50,409 nt of DNA from Perkinsus olseni (GCA_013115125.1 JABANN010000229.1:1-50409); one strand, 5' to 3'. Shown: positions 12,221 through 24,712, numbered from the stretch's first letter. Program-made: numbers and translations. The notes: generated by a model from the letters alone, not told the origin.

Positions 12221-14408
12221 TCACCTCACTACCACTAGTGCTACTACGCCAGTGCGCTGTAGCCAGCCAATACTACCTTCGTGATTATTATTCACTCGCG
12301 CCTGGTCCTCATTGGAGCTGCCCTCATTCTTTCCAGTATCCTCCCTCACGAATGTCATGCCGTCTCCTCTACCACAAGCTGAGAGCCGAGCCACGTGTCT
12401 TCACTCGCGACCCTCTAGGTCGCTATCAATCATGAATCAAACTTTGCTTCGCTCACATTCTCGAAGAACGAAATGTACTACCTATTGGCAGAAGCCAGAA
12501 CAATGGATTGGGTCCGACTACAGCCACGAAATCTCCGTAGCATCCACGATGGTAAATTGACTGAGAGTTAACATGACAGGTTCCCAGCGAGAGTTTGACT
12601 CACCCCAAAAAAGCCCAGCTTCTGAGTGGACTTCTCGCAGTACTCAATCGTGGTCATCGCCTTGAAGGCTAACCTGAGTTGCCTGAGTGGCGGTAGAGCA
12701 GAGGGGTTCGAAAAGTCGCTCCTATTATTACCAGATGTGAAAGGAGAAAAACGCTGTCAAAAGTAGCGCGAAAAGGGAGGACAAGACCATCCCGAACACT
12801 AGTAGGAAAACTCGTCCCAATGGCTCTTCTTCATCGACCGCAAAGCGCGTCTGACAAGAGGACTGCATCGTGGGAAGCCGAATCGAGGTTTCCACTGCTG
12901 AAGCACCAGGTTTTACGAAGCTGGCACACATAGAGCTGGCCTCGACGAGTAGACTAATACACAGGTGGTCCATGAATCCCACGCTATCTGGCGGCTACGC
13001 TGTCGTCCTCTAGCCACAAACTCCGATATAAGTTGACCCCCGCTGAATCGACGAGGAATACCAATGCATTAGTACTATGAGTTCTGGTACTGTGACATCG
13101 AGTGGCAAAATAAAGAATGAAACAACCAAGGAATCGCACGAGACATTTTTCATACCAAAACAATCGTAACAGTCCTGGATCGTTGTTCGGCGATGGATGA
13201 GCATCGAGTTCAGCCCCGTGGCCCTTACCGAATCGATCATGGTGATCCACATGAAATGAGCTGCTACTGTCGCATAGAGCAGAAGTAGGAAGAAGTACTT
13301 GTGGTTGCCGAAGCCCACACAATTGTAGATCCATGGGCAATGATGGTCCATTTTAAGGACCTGAGCGTCGGTACTGCCCAGCTAATTTCGTCACGGCTCG
13401 AAGGGGAAGCTCAGATTTCTTCGTAAAGTGCTTCAGGCTGCTGTCGCAGCATAGAGCTGTCGAATGGGTGAAATTCTTTTTTCCCACACAAACTCGGGGG
13501 ACACATGAGCCAGTACTGGAAGTGGTGCTGGATCCGCCAGCGGGGAGCATTCATATTTATACAGTTTAAATAGCATCGAACGCCGAGGACTTGATCGCAG
13601 GAGCAGTGGAACTTACACATTTCTTGCAAACTCGGCAATGATGACACCTGTCGGGTTTGAACCTGCGACCTCTAGCATGCGACAGCAACCGTTTGTTGCG
13701 GAAGCCTCACTTGCCACACCATTTACAACGCCTTCTCTCACCACTTCGTTTCTTCTCTCGTGCATCTGAAAACAGCAGCGGCCTTCAAAAGTAGTGCGTT
13801 GCCGGTGGGCTTGCCTGGCAACACACTATCAGCAACCACCAGCTCGTCCTCTTCGCCATTACACAGCCACTCGTCGGTATCCGGTATCTACAAAGTGACG
13901 CCCCGGTATCCGAGAGTTCGACTGATTCTCTGGCAAACCATTCAAGGAAGCCAAGCAGCGTAAGGAATGTCACAGGAGATTCCTCCGGGGGGCACCAGTG
14001 GAACGTGGCGGTATCGACTTCAACGGTTCTCTCACCTCTCCTGGGCTGACGACCACACAAAGAGTGTAGCACAGGAGCAGCATAGCGAAGAGCGAGTTGA
14101 ATATGATAAGCTCGATCCACCCCTTTTGGGCCCTGCAAATAGGGAAAGCCAGTAAAGGCAGATCTCTGACTTCCTCTTACACGTCATGGTGGACTACGGT
14201 CGGCCTGTCCAACTGCAACAGCGGTAGAACGTGGACCTAAGGAGGCGCCATCGAGGGGACGTCTCCGCAATGCAGCACGTACGAAGTTGTATATGCCCCA
14301 CAAGGTGAAGATGATAGTGCAGACGAATATCACCGGCAAGAAGCGCGCTGGCTCTCTGTCGGCCACTGTCGCCGGTGCCGAAGGGAAACTGGGGGGACTA
14401 TCGGGCAT
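12221..14408 (-). CDS. DHHC-family protein S-palmitoyltransferase (multi-exon)
   Basis: Spliced exons give TM helices, then [47 protein letters not shown]. The MTTIE (TTxE) motif and C-terminal [11 protein letters not shown]...GDGMTF follow. The exact stop is approximate. Confidence 0.93.
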
Positions 14409-14555
14409 CGGTAGAGGAAGACATTGTTGGCTGGAATGATGGCATTAACGAGAGCAGAGGTTGCCCCGTGGATCGACTCTTTCACTCCGGCCCGATTTGA
14501 TCACGCTGTACTGAGCAATGCTATCGAGCCGTTCAGTTGCATGCATATAGCAAAC

Positions 14556-14684
14556 GACTGGGTTACCCAGTCTGGGTGTACCGCGAAAGGTGCTGAGGTG
14601 GTTGAACAGCGCAATGGGCAGCAGGGGCAAAACTCTCTACCCGGAAGAGAGTTTTGCCCATGCTACCCCGGAAGAGTCTTCCGG
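14556..14684. repeat. Cluster of perfect inverted repeats upstream of the DHHC gene
   Basis: gactgggt-t-acccagtc (14556-14572); gggcaaaactctct-N7-agagagttttgccc (14625-14659); ccggaaga-g-tcttccgg (14668-14684). Confidence 0.75.
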
Positions 14685-15346
14685 CTCTGTGCCGACAGTG
14701 CCCGATTTCTTGCAGATGCTGACCTCAAGATTGCCCATCCACAGCTGCTGCCTTGACACTGGCACCAGTGCTGATAAAGAGCGATGCGATCACACTTTCC
14801 GCTCTTCACAAGCCGATGATACGACAGACGAGGATTCGATCACAAATCGCACTCGAAATAGTCGCTGTAAAAAGCGCCCGCCCGAAAATTAGAAAGTAAC
14901 GTTCAGCAGCCCCTCTGCGGGAGTTGGAGCTGATCCCCGATCGCTAGCAGACCTCGTCGGCTAATACGTATCCATAGGCCCTAGTTCGACTCTCCCTGGC
15001 CTCCATCGGACCTTAGTTGTCTATTCGCGTGCTTGCGGAGGCATCTGTCGATCGTGTCGTTCTGTGTGCCGTCACGCCACCGACCTGTTCATGGGACGTA
15101 TCTTTACCGGTTAGCTGATGTAGAGTGTTGTTAGGTAGGGACAGGTATCTCTTGTGTCAGTTATGGCAGCTAGGTAGTGGCGCTGGTTCGAGTAGGCTCC
15201 GCCGTTCACGGTATTCGAGCCTCTCAGCAGTGCGTTTTCTGATTGCTTCGGACGTATCTTACGGCTATTCGCCTCCTCTGCTGTGATGGGGTTCGTGTCT
15301 CTCGATATATCATCCGATTGTTGCTTCATATGTAACGTTGGTGTGA

Positions 15347-16330
15347 ATGCCGGCCCATTTCACGCTTCAGCCTCTCCCTCCACCCCCACTACCGGTCAAC
15401 GAGTCGCCACCGCCTCTTCGGCAACTCTCCCCTCCGCCTGAGGACGCCCCTCGGTATCTCGTATCAGCTCTGGGCAGAGCTCCAGACGCTGTGCAGTCCG
15501 AGAATGGTATGGTTGTTCGTCGTGTAGCTGGTGATGGCCAATGCTTCTACCGGGCCCTGCTTCTTGGTTACTATGAGCCGTTGCTGTGGAGCCGGAACGT
15601 GCAAGCTCACTCGAGCCTATCGCGCGTCCTAGGAGATGAGCGTTCATTCTTCGACGGTGACACAGATGAGGAGAAGTCGTTGGAGGCGTACAGGTGTATG
15701 TTTGCCGATCTCCGGTGGGATAAGGCCCTTATCACCAAGTGTCGCTCCGCTATTGCCCGGGCGGTCCTGAGCTGCAGCAACACGGTCGAGGCCGCGGCCA
15801 TACTCGCTGCTGTTGGGTCGACTGATGTGCAGTCTGCAGTTCGTGATTTGGTGCTCAACCCCCTCGCTGATGCCGAGGCCTGGGTTCTCGGTTACGCCGC
15901 CCGAGCTTTTGGCGTTGATATCGCTGTCTACGCTCCGGGATGCGCTGCTATGGACATGACCGTTCACAAGTCCGGTAAGGATGGCTCGAGGGTGGTTAAT
16001 CTGCTCTACACGGCTCCGGCTACCGGTGGCGGTTGCGGTCACTACGATGTCCTCTACGACCTGTCTGAGACGAACCGCGTGGGTGCTGCTGGCTTCCGTG
16101 TGCTGGGGATCTGCAGTCGGTGTCGATCTAGTAGCTTCCTCCCACAGCGGTTACTATCGTGGCCATGCGGACATTGGCTCTGTCCTACGTGTGCTTCGAA
16201 GGATGTTTACGCTTGGTCGTGTATACCGTGTAGACGTACTCGGCTGTTGTGGTATCGTTATGTTCTGAACGGGGGGGATTCCTGCTGTTCCCTCTCGACT
16301 ACCGAAAGCATGAAGGTTCGGAAGGGATGA
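15347..16330 (+). CDS. OTU-family deubiquitinase domain fused to a C3HC4 RING finger
   Basis: Intronless 327-aa ORF. OTU Cys box VAGDGQCFYRAL and His box VNLLY...GHYDVL are followed by CSRC-x14-CGHWLCPTC-x9-CIPC. Confidence 0.82.
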   Translation: MPAHFTLQPLPPPPLPVNESPPPLRQLSPPPEDAPRYLVSALGRAPDAVQSENGMVVRRVAGDGQCFYRALLLGYYEPLLWSRNVQAHSSLSRVLGDERSFFDGDTDEEKSLEAYRCMFADLRWDKALITKCRSAIARAVLSCSNTVEAAAILAAVGSTDVQSAVRDLVLNPLADAEAWVLGYAARAFGVDIAVYAPGCAAMDMTVHKSGKDGSRVVNLLYTAPATGGGCGHYDVLYDLSETNRVGAAGFRVLGICSRCRSSSFLPQRLLSWPCGHWLCPTCASKDVYAWSCIPCRRTRLLWYRYVLNGGDSCCSLSTTESMKVRKG

Positions 16331-16450
16331 TTGCTTTGTCGTTCATGTCTGATTCTCAAGTTTCAATATTCTTGAATCGCGGTTTATTGTTGGGGGGAAT
16401 CCGCTTTGGGATCGTCTTTCGGCAGATTCATCAGTTCCGTATAATTTTCA

Positions 16451-17609
16451 ATGGTTCGCGTTCTCCTAAGCGTGGCTGCACTTTCCATGTTGCTCGGGGT
16501 TCAGGCTGCACCCGCTACCAAGGTGAGCAAGGCGTGCAATATCTCGTCTCGGAGCTTCGTTTTCCCGTTTACGTTAATCGTATTATTGTATAGGCTGCCT
16601 CTAGTACACCTCACCCCGAAGTAGTGGAGACCCGAACTACTCCCACTGCTTTCGTTCTGACTCCTGCTCCAACGCCAGCAGTAGCACAGACAACGCCTAC
16701 GACTGTAGTGGCTCATGAGACCACTACGACGGGGGCTCGTACCACGACTTCGGTCGTGGTGACTTCTGCCCCTACTAGAAGGGTCGAGAGCAGCGTTGCA
16801 CCTTCCAGCACCACGAGGGAGCCTACTGCTGCCCCCTCGAGCGATGCTGGTGTTCAGGCGGCTGCCAAGGAGGCCGCCCGTGCGACATCTGCTTCTTCCG
16901 ATGCCCTCGTTACCTTCGAAGGCGTGAAGAGCATCGCCTATCAGACCGCTTACTACTGGATTGATGTTGCTAAGTAGGCTGTGGAATTTTTCGCGATATG
17001 TGTCGCTGCGACCGTTGTTTGACCAGGTACTGTCGAGATACCGCGGTGACTATGCTCCCTAAGGACATGCAGGCGAAGTACAGTCAAGCCGTCCGTGATG
17101 GCAATAAGTATTACGCTCAAGCGAAGGATGTCTACTTCGCTGAAGTTGCACCCAAGATTGGTGAGTGCTTTCGCTGCTGAGAGTTTTTACTGAGGCTTTT
17201 CAGATCCTGTCATCGAAGCGAGCGCCGCTGGTGCCGAGGAGGTATACGGTTTTGTTAACGAGAAGCAGAAGTCTGTCACTGCCGCTCCCTTCAAGAAGAT
17301 GCACGCAGCCTACCCTGCCACTAGAGGCATCGCAGGTAGGCATCGAGTGTTTGCAGTTTCGGTGGTTTTGTTTGAAGTTCCTCGGCAGGTTCCGAGCTGG
17401 TCGACAGGCTGGTGTTCATCATACTGAGTATGACCCTGCTCAGCTGGGCTGTTTATCTGTTCAAACTTCCCTTCCGATGCTTGGGGTATTTGCTCTGTCC
17501 TAGACGGTCGAAGGATGTCCGCTCGGGCGCCGCCTCGCCTCAGAGTGAGAAGGCCAAGGCTCAGCAAGGGAAAGTGAGTCGATCGGCTGCTAAGTTTGCT
17601 GGGCAGTAA
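16451..17609 (+). CDS. Signal-peptide, Thr/Ser/Pro-rich (mucin-like) membrane protein, multi-exon
   Basis: MVRVLLSVAALSMLLGVQA signal peptide, then an intron, a Thr-rich exon (16594-16972), helical exons and a C-terminal hydrophobic segment LVFIILSMTLLSWAVYLF. Stop at 17609. Confidence 0.72.
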
Positions 17610-18225
17610 ACTACTAGAGGTTGCATGATACGTGGATCGTGACTTGGATTTTGCCGGTCGTTGCGTCGTGTGTACTCAGTGGGCGTTATCGAATCGGCCA
17701 TACTGGAGAGAGTCGAACTGAATGTGGTCTTTTAGGGTTCTCCTGCTGCCCCGACTAAGAATTTCAAGGGAAAGAAGCAAAACTGAGCGGGACGATTTCA
17801 AGCCTAGAAATCCACATCATCAAGATGATAGATAGTATCCCGTCACGATCACTGGCTGGATGGATGAATTCTCGCCGAGTGGTTAGTGAGTAGTACCATT
17901 GCTCGTACTGTTGGTGATGCTGTTGATTATTATTGTTGGTCTAGTGGTGCATTTTTACATCATTTCTCATTCAAGGGACGTGGACTGTCGAGTTCTTGGC
18001 AAGAACTTCTTGCATGCCAGACAATAGAAAAGCATGCGGAACATATGCAGCAATAATGGGTACGGAGGAGGCTAGTGTCAACGGGCCTTTCCTTGGCTGC
18101 TTGTTGATCACGCTGGTATACGATGACACTCGGTGGCGTCTTCGGTGGAGTTGGTAGTACCAACTTGGTAGCATGATACTAATTCTTGCAAGGGGTAGTT
18201 GAGCTTCTCTAGTAACGGTGAACTT

Positions 18226-19283
18226 ATGACCGTAAGGCTACAGAAGCCGGTGAAAAGGATGCGTTACGACCCGCTTGAGGCTCTCGTGAGGGAGGTGGAT
18301 CGAACACTAGCAGAGCTTGGCAAGTAGGGCTCTGCGACAACGAACTCTTGTGCAACGGATGCTCTCGGGTAGTCCATCGCCGTCGAAGAAAACAGGGCAA
18401 CGCGGCGTGAAACTGAAGCGAAGTACGGGCGTCGCGGCATTGGATGCTGCACTGCTTACCGCAGGTGTTACGAGAGTCAGCGGAAAGGGGAGCGTAGAGT
18501 ACTCTCGACGGCTTTCGCACATAAGTTGGCCTCCACAGGTTGAGGCTATTGCCAGACTGGCCACGGACGCGCTGCAGGAGAGACATTCTTGCGCTGCTCG
18601 GCCGTGCATAATGATTGGAAGGATGGCTCGAATGCTCCCCATCATCAGTTCTCTTCAGGAGCAAGGTCGGTGCTCACAGACGAGTCGGATGGCAAACAGT
18701 GGCGGGCCTCGGGCCTCGCGGATTTGCTGCTGTATCCGCGACCAGGTGCATCCTCGGAAGATCTCGAACGGCTCAGCCTCTATGAAGTGAGAGGAGTTGA
18801 TGAACTCTTCGGATTCTTACACATGGCCACCCGAGAATCACGGCTATCAGAACACAGCGGGTCCTTGGTGAGTCTGACGACTGATTTGGTCGCTCATGGC
18901 TGAGCTGCCTGCGACGCTCCGCTCCAGGATTGCAGTCATTCGAAGATTCACTCTCTCTTAGATAATATTCGAGTCCTTGGCATCAATACTGTCGCCCCTC
19001 GAGTTCTCCGTCTGCAATTCAACTAGACGGCTGGTCGATGTCGTCTACCGGCACGTACGAGTCCACTGTCCGCCTCTCCCGTCACTCGTTAGTCTCAGAA
19101 GAGCCTCTTCAGATCGCCGTTATGGAAGCGCGTATACCGACAGCCACTGTGATCATTCGAGAGAGGCGACCACCACAAAGGGCTAAGTTCTCCCTCACAG
19201 GCCCGACTAAGGAAGTGAGACCCAGCCCACCGCTCTTTTCCCTCCTGCCTGGCGTGTTTCGACAGTTCTGCGATGCGCACTAG
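18226..19283 (+). CDS. Hypothetical multi-exon protein (approximate)
   Basis: ATG at 18226 (MTVRLQKPVKRMRYDPLEALVREVDR) and a chain of short GT-AG-bounded coding segments. No family recognised. Confidence 0.3.
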
Positions 19284-19396
19284 TCAACCTTCAGATACGC
19301 TTGGATACGTCTCCATAGGCCATGTTTCACTCCTGCGTCATCGCGTTGCGTTGCAGTGACGACGAACACGAAGCTTGGAATAGCAAGAGAAAGAAC

Positions 19397-20590
19397 TTAT
19401 GAAACATTGATGCACTCATGTACGGCAAGCATGCCCACCATAGACAGATTTTCTGCGATTTCAATCAGCTCCTCAAACCCATCGCGAGTGACCCACTCCG
19501 GATGTTCATCGCCTGTATGCCTCCTCGCGAACGGTAATCTCAGCAAGTTGAAGCCTGACCCGTGCAGCAGCTCTAGCAGCTGACGAGGACCGCTCGCAGG
19601 CCCATGCTGGACGAGCAGCGACGGAGAAAACTCGAACAGGATCCTCTGAACTCTTCCGGAGCGAAGAGTATCCCCGAGACCAGCAAGAACTTCGTACTCG
19701 CAACCTTCGCAGTCCAATTTCAAGAACAGCCCACGACCATCATCAGGAAGGATATCTGTCAGCCTTACAGAAGTCGCCTTGAAGACCCGATCGTTCGTGG
19801 GGAGACCATCGAGGCGAGCCCGATGCCGTCGAGTCCCCCCGGAGTTGCCCTGTGGCTCCACCAGCGTGACCTCTTCCAACCCGTCGGCGATCGCAGCTCC
19901 TCGTACAACATTCACGCGAGAGCGGAATCCGTTGACCTCAATGGTCGCATCCAGAAGGTCGGCACTGTCCTCGTTGGGCTCAATAGATACCACCGTAAAC
20001 CCGTAGGCGGCGTAAAGAGTAGAGCACAAGCCGATATTCGCGCCGACGTCAAGCACATGGATAGTCGCATTAATTATACGACTCATGCCGTAGAAAAGTC
20101 GTTCACAGTCACTCGCTGAGGCCTCCCACTTCACCATGTTGTCCACTTTGTCGCTCCTACCGCGAACACACAGGACCCACCTCCTGTCCTCTCCCATGAG
20201 ACTAGATCTCACTGGAGCTGCATACGAGCCGAGAGGACAATTTTCGTCCAAGGCTTGCAACAGGTCATCCAGTACTGCTGGGAACCTGTACTGGTCCCGC
20301 CTCAAGTCCTCGGTGAGGTGAGTCAGATTTGCTAAGACGGCCCTCATCGACTCATGATAGGCTTTGTACTGCTCAAATTCGAGCGCCCACTGACCCGCCA
20401 GTTCCTCCACTCTCTCAGAGAGGTCGTTAATGGCTCTGCCTAGAGTTTGGAAGTTCGAGTCTGCTGCTGACTCTAGAGCTGATAGCCGGGCTTCGAGCGA
20501 CTCTGGATCCACTCGCCCGAGAACGACGATGAGCAATGATGACGAGTAAACAAGCATGATGACACTATCCAGATAGAGAGGACTGCTCAC
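19397..20590 (-). CDS. FkbM-family SAM-dependent methyltransferase with N-terminal hydrophobic segment and coiled coil
   Basis: Motif I VLDVGANIG, then VVSIEPN, LKLDCEGCEYEVL and ILFEF are FkbM hallmarks. The ORF opens with GTG and the first in-frame ATG is at 20557. Confidence 0.85.
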   Translation of the reverse strand: MSSPLYLDSVIMLVYSSSLLIVVLGRVDPESLEARLSALESAADSNFQTLGRAINDLSERVEELAGQWALEFEQYKAYHESMRAVLANLTHLTEDLRRDQYRFPAVLDDLLQALDENCPLGSYAAPVRSSLMGEDRRWVLCVRGRSDKVDNMVKWEASASDCERLFYGMSRIINATIHVLDVGANIGLCSTLYAAYGFTVVSIEPNEDSADLLDATIEVNGFRSRVNVVRGAAIADGLEEVTLVEPQGNSGGTRRHRARLDGLPTNDRVFKATSVRLTDILPDDGRGLFLKLDCEGCEYEVLAGLGDTLRSGRVQRILFEFSPSLLVQHGPASGPRQLLELLHGSGFNLLRLPFARRHTGDEHPEWVTRDGFEELIEIAENLSMVGMLAVHECINVS

Positions 20591-20842
20591 CGTGACGCTG
20601 TGAAGCCTTGCCGTAGGCAGGCCCTCTAATCTCGTGCTGCTAGTGTGCTAGGGACTGAGTCTCATCGATTATCATCGAATCATGCCGAAGAAGGGATAGA
20701 GCTCCCGTCACGGGAGTCCCGTGGTTGCACAGAATAATCGTGCGAAGAAATCACGTATCCTTCCCTGTGAGCAACGCGGCACCCACACAAACGGAAAGAA
20801 TCTTCAAAGTCATGCCAGTGAGGGGTTCCCCAGATGATACCA

Positions 20843-21181
20843 TTAAAATGAGTCAGGGAGTTTCCTCTTCAGTGGGGCCTCGAGGACATTAGGCGACCTC
20901 CACAATGGCGAGAGGAAGGGCAACCCGCACGGGTCGTCGTAGAGCTTGTCCACGGGCTCCGCGGGTAGAAGCAGCTTCACGGGAGATAGCTCATCTGAAA
21001 GATACCGACCTCGATCGCAAGGAATCTTCTTCCGGAACTCACGTTGAGGGTTCTCTGTGAGCATAACGTTGACGAGGTCGTCTCCTCCCCGAAGGTGGCC
21101 GTTGCCGGGACCCTCTGCTTTTGGCATCGGTGATTGAGCGGCGACTCGACGGTAATGTCCAAGCATTGTGGCACGGACCAT
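20843..21181 (-). CDS. Hypothetical protein, 3' portion
   Basis: 112-aa ORF with coding-like composition, probably the last exon(s) of a gene extending to ~21690. Confidence 0.25.
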   Translation of the reverse strand: MVRATMLGHYRRVAAQSPMPKAEGPGNGHLRGGDDLVNVMLTENPQREFRKKIPCDRGRYLSDELSPVKLLLPAEPVDKLYDDPCGLPFLSPLWRSPNVLEAPLKRKLPDSF

Positions 21182-21699
21182 CTCGGCAACATGGGCCTGT
21201 TGCTCAGCTCGATTGATAAGGAACTCTACGGCGTCCCTCAGTGCCTGAGCGTAGCTGCTGCTATTAGACCCTCGCTAGACTCGTACCTGGCAGTCTTGGC
21301 CGTCCTTCGGAGTGGCAGGCCCCTTGCCGACGACCTCCTGCTGCGCTGGAGGTGATGCGTTCCCGCTCAAATCCATGTGGAAGAGCACTGGAGGCCAGCG
21401 AAGGAATGTGCGCTTTCTATCGACGACGCAAGTTCGACAATTTCATGGCGAGTGACGGCGCTCGTCAAGCTCCAAACGCTCGGAGGGAGCTCAGGCATTT
21501 CATAAGCCCCTGGTTGTTTCGATGTCCTCCTCCCACTCGAGCGGCATGCACCAGTATGACCAGCCAGAGAGGCGATCGGCCCTCTCCGTCATACTATCCA
21601 TCGTAATCGGAGGGCCTCTCTTCGCGTCTCTCTGATAGGAGCTCCTCAGCTGCGGACTTGATACACATAAACAGATACGCCATTACCCTCCTCTGCTTC

Positions 21700-22630
21700 G
21701 CGTGTCGATAATAAGCAAGTTTAAAGCCATCACGGTTCGTTTACGCTCTGGTGTGATCCGGCAGGTTGCCCGTCGCATTAGTTCGCCTTCTGTGAGATCC
21801 ATCCCGCTCTACATCCTGGTAAGACGTTCTTCCAGTACAGCCGTTGTCGCGAGTGGCCCTCTGTGCATCAGGCGGCTCTCGGGGCTCGCTGGCTCTACTT
21901 CGCCGTGAAGAAGTACCTCAGAGAAAGGAACTCACTAGACTGGAAAAAGAGCTGTATCAATGAGTACACGGTACGAGCTTCGTTGTGCTGTTCGCGTGAG
22001 CATGCGTTGTTACCATCAGCAAATCCAAGCCTGTATATTGACGACCGAGCATTTGGCAGAGTTGGGCAGAATTGAAAAGCGCACGGTGATATCGTCCGGG
22101 ACGACTCCGCGTGATTTTTTTTCTCTTGATAGGTTTTTTGTAAGGACATCAAAGATTTCTTCGGCCACGATACCTATGTCATAAACAAGGTGTTAGAAGC
22201 TGCCAAAAAGTCCACTCCTGAGGACCCGGTACTGTTGTCAATCGTAGCGCGCCTTTGATGTCGTGAGGTGCTCAAGATACTGACGAAATTCCTCAGTAGT
22301 GATGACAAGTGGCACGTCCTATCGACTTGCACGAACCACCTCTCTGCCCTGTTTGCCCCATACCACATTTTTTTCAATGAGGCTCGGAGGTAAGCCCAGA
22401 ACACTCCATCTCTTACCGAGCTGCCTTGTGTCCGCTTAGAAGAATGCCCTGCCAGGTGCGATTCCTACTATCGAAGTGCGTGGTATGCATTTACGCTCAC
22501 CTGCGGAGGTTCCACTGGGGAAGGAAGATTCTTCGTGACTCCGTAGTTGGTGGGCTTCGAGTCTGCTGTATTCTGACTGGACGTGCAGATACAAGCCGGT
22601 GTGCCGTGTAGACGACGTGGGGAGCCTTAG
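21700..22630 (+). CDS. Hypothetical multi-exon protein (approximate)
   Basis: In-frame exons between short introns: YSRCREWPSVHQAALGARWLYFAVKKYLRE, QIQACILTTEHLAELGRIEKRT, VFCKDIKDFFGHDTYVINKVLEAAKK and SDDKWHVLSTCTNHLSALFAPYHIFFNEAR. Confidence 0.4.
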
Positions 22631-23719
22631 AATTAGAATCATACTAGTGAATGAAGAAGAGCTCAGAGAGATATGTAATACCATCTCTGCCCGGAATCGC
22701 GCTTCTATCGGCTTCCGTTCTGAATATCACTCATATACCACCTCGCCCTCAACCGCATCTTCGCAATATAACGGTGGTACTACGGGGGAATAATAAGATA
22801 CTACAAACTCTGCATTTCCTCTGTGGTGCTCTCTGCTTGGGATGCAATAATAGTATTAGGCTACATAATAATATCTAGATGAATAGTTACAGTATATACC
22901 AATTATAATAACTATGTATTCTCATAGCATCAGGAATTAATATATTAATAGTGTATAATAAAATTTATGTGCCTTTGTCTGTATGATAGTGTCCATCTGA
23001 TGTGTATGTAGCTGAGCCGGATGCGTGTGTAGGTACCGGTCAGATATGCCCTCCAACCTGGGGTTTCTTCAATGCAAGGCACGAGTGTCGGTAGTATGGG
23101 CTGCATCAATGTCATTGCCATTGGCAATAACTCTGATCAGGTGGAATTTGCTCAAGAGGTTCTCAGAGCTGTTCGAGCGACAGCTGATGAATGTCTCGGG
23201 GGACCCGACTCTGCGAGACTGGGGTGCAAATCTTTGTGGCCGCATGAGTCCTCTCACGAAGAAAAAGAAAGGTCCGTGTTGATCTGGTCGCATCCCTCCT
23301 GGAGACCTCCGCCTTCGTTTAACCGTTAGGTCACGAAAAGAGCAAGCCGCAAGCAACGCCCAATCTGCAGTACAAGAATGCCATACAGACAGCCGAGCCT
23401 GATAAATATGAACCAGTAGGAATGGAAGTGGCCGTGAGCTCTGGCATGATGACTCCCACTGGTGTCCTTCAGGAGGACAATTGTTTCCTTCGCCTTCATA
23501 TCCCCTATCCTACAGCCTATCGTAATGCTGACGATAGCTGCAGTCCAGACGGCCGAGCCATGAGAAAGGATAGCAGCTTGGGGAAGAGCAAGGATGTGGT
23601 CCTATTCGAATGATCAGTGATGGTACTGGGTGGAAGCGGAACGCACTTGTTCTTTGATGTGCATTCTTGAAAAGGTTCAGCCTCACGCGATCGTCTTAGC
23701 CACCGAGCTGCTATTGAAA

Positions 23720-24690
23720 TGTGGGCGCTCTGAACGGTACTGATAACGAGACCACTAGTTTCTACTCGCCTAGTACAGCTATGCAGCACTACTCTCGACA
23801 CGCCCCGGCAGCTATGCATTTTTACGTGTCGTATACTCTTGCCAACGTCTTCGTTAATGACAAAATGCTTCTCATGTGCTTGAGGTTGTTGGGTTGGAAG
23901 ATTAGTGGGGATTCCTGTTCGACTCGAAGTACGCTTGGGAGGTTCAGCTCGGTGGCTCGAGTATGACTATCTAGCAAGATGCCGAGCGCGAAGGTTCCTC
24001 TCCCACCCTTGAAGTCGGTATTCGCTGATGCCTTTATGCGGTGCAAGAACGGTAATATTGGGCTTAGGGAGTGGATGGATGACGCTTGGGTTTGTTCGAT
24101 CACGCCTGAGGCGCTGATGAGCCCGTTGCCTGTGAGTGCTTGTGCCTTGTTTGGTTGTCTGGAAGTTCAAGCGGCGGAGAGGCAGCTACGGATATTATTA
24201 GGAAGGTGTCTTCCAACCTTCCAGGCCCCGAAGTATTATCTATCATAAACAAGACGGCTATTCCTCTATCATACGGAGACGCCTGCCATGCTCTCACGCA
24301 CTTGACGAATCTTGGAGACTTCAAAAGAGGCAGCCAGGAATTCAGAGGCTTCATAGCCAAGCTCGATACGCAGGTGTGCAGCCCGAGTTATTCATCAGCC
24401 GAGCCGCTCAGCGAACATGACGGATGATTCGTTGGTAAGGTGTTCCCTCGGATAGCTGACTGCCCCATGAAGACCTGGCGGCTGCTCCGCTATTTGGTAG
24501 ACCTGAGGACGCGAAATGGCTTGAAAGTAGGGATAGGGATGGTTGGGGATTTTTAATGGTGGAGATGCCCATCTTAAATTCTGCCAGGTGTGCATGCCCT
24601 GGTTCGAGAAGACTCTGCCGCAGTGTGATCCGCATGTAGCAATAGACATATTATACAGGCTTTACCGTATATCTGGCGTCCATGTGAAGT
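23720..24690 (+). CDS. Hypothetical helical multi-exon protein (approximate)
   Basis: Coding-like segments 23979-24090 and 24180-24372 (IIRKVSSNLPGPEVLSIINK...CHALTHLTNLGDF) with splice signals. Confidence 0.3.
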
Positions 24691-24712
24691 AAGAATGCTG
24701 TTATACCTGTAA

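Noticed and set aside
22790-22990. AT-rich island as a possible MITE
   Set aside because: No terminal inverted repeats or target-site duplication identified.
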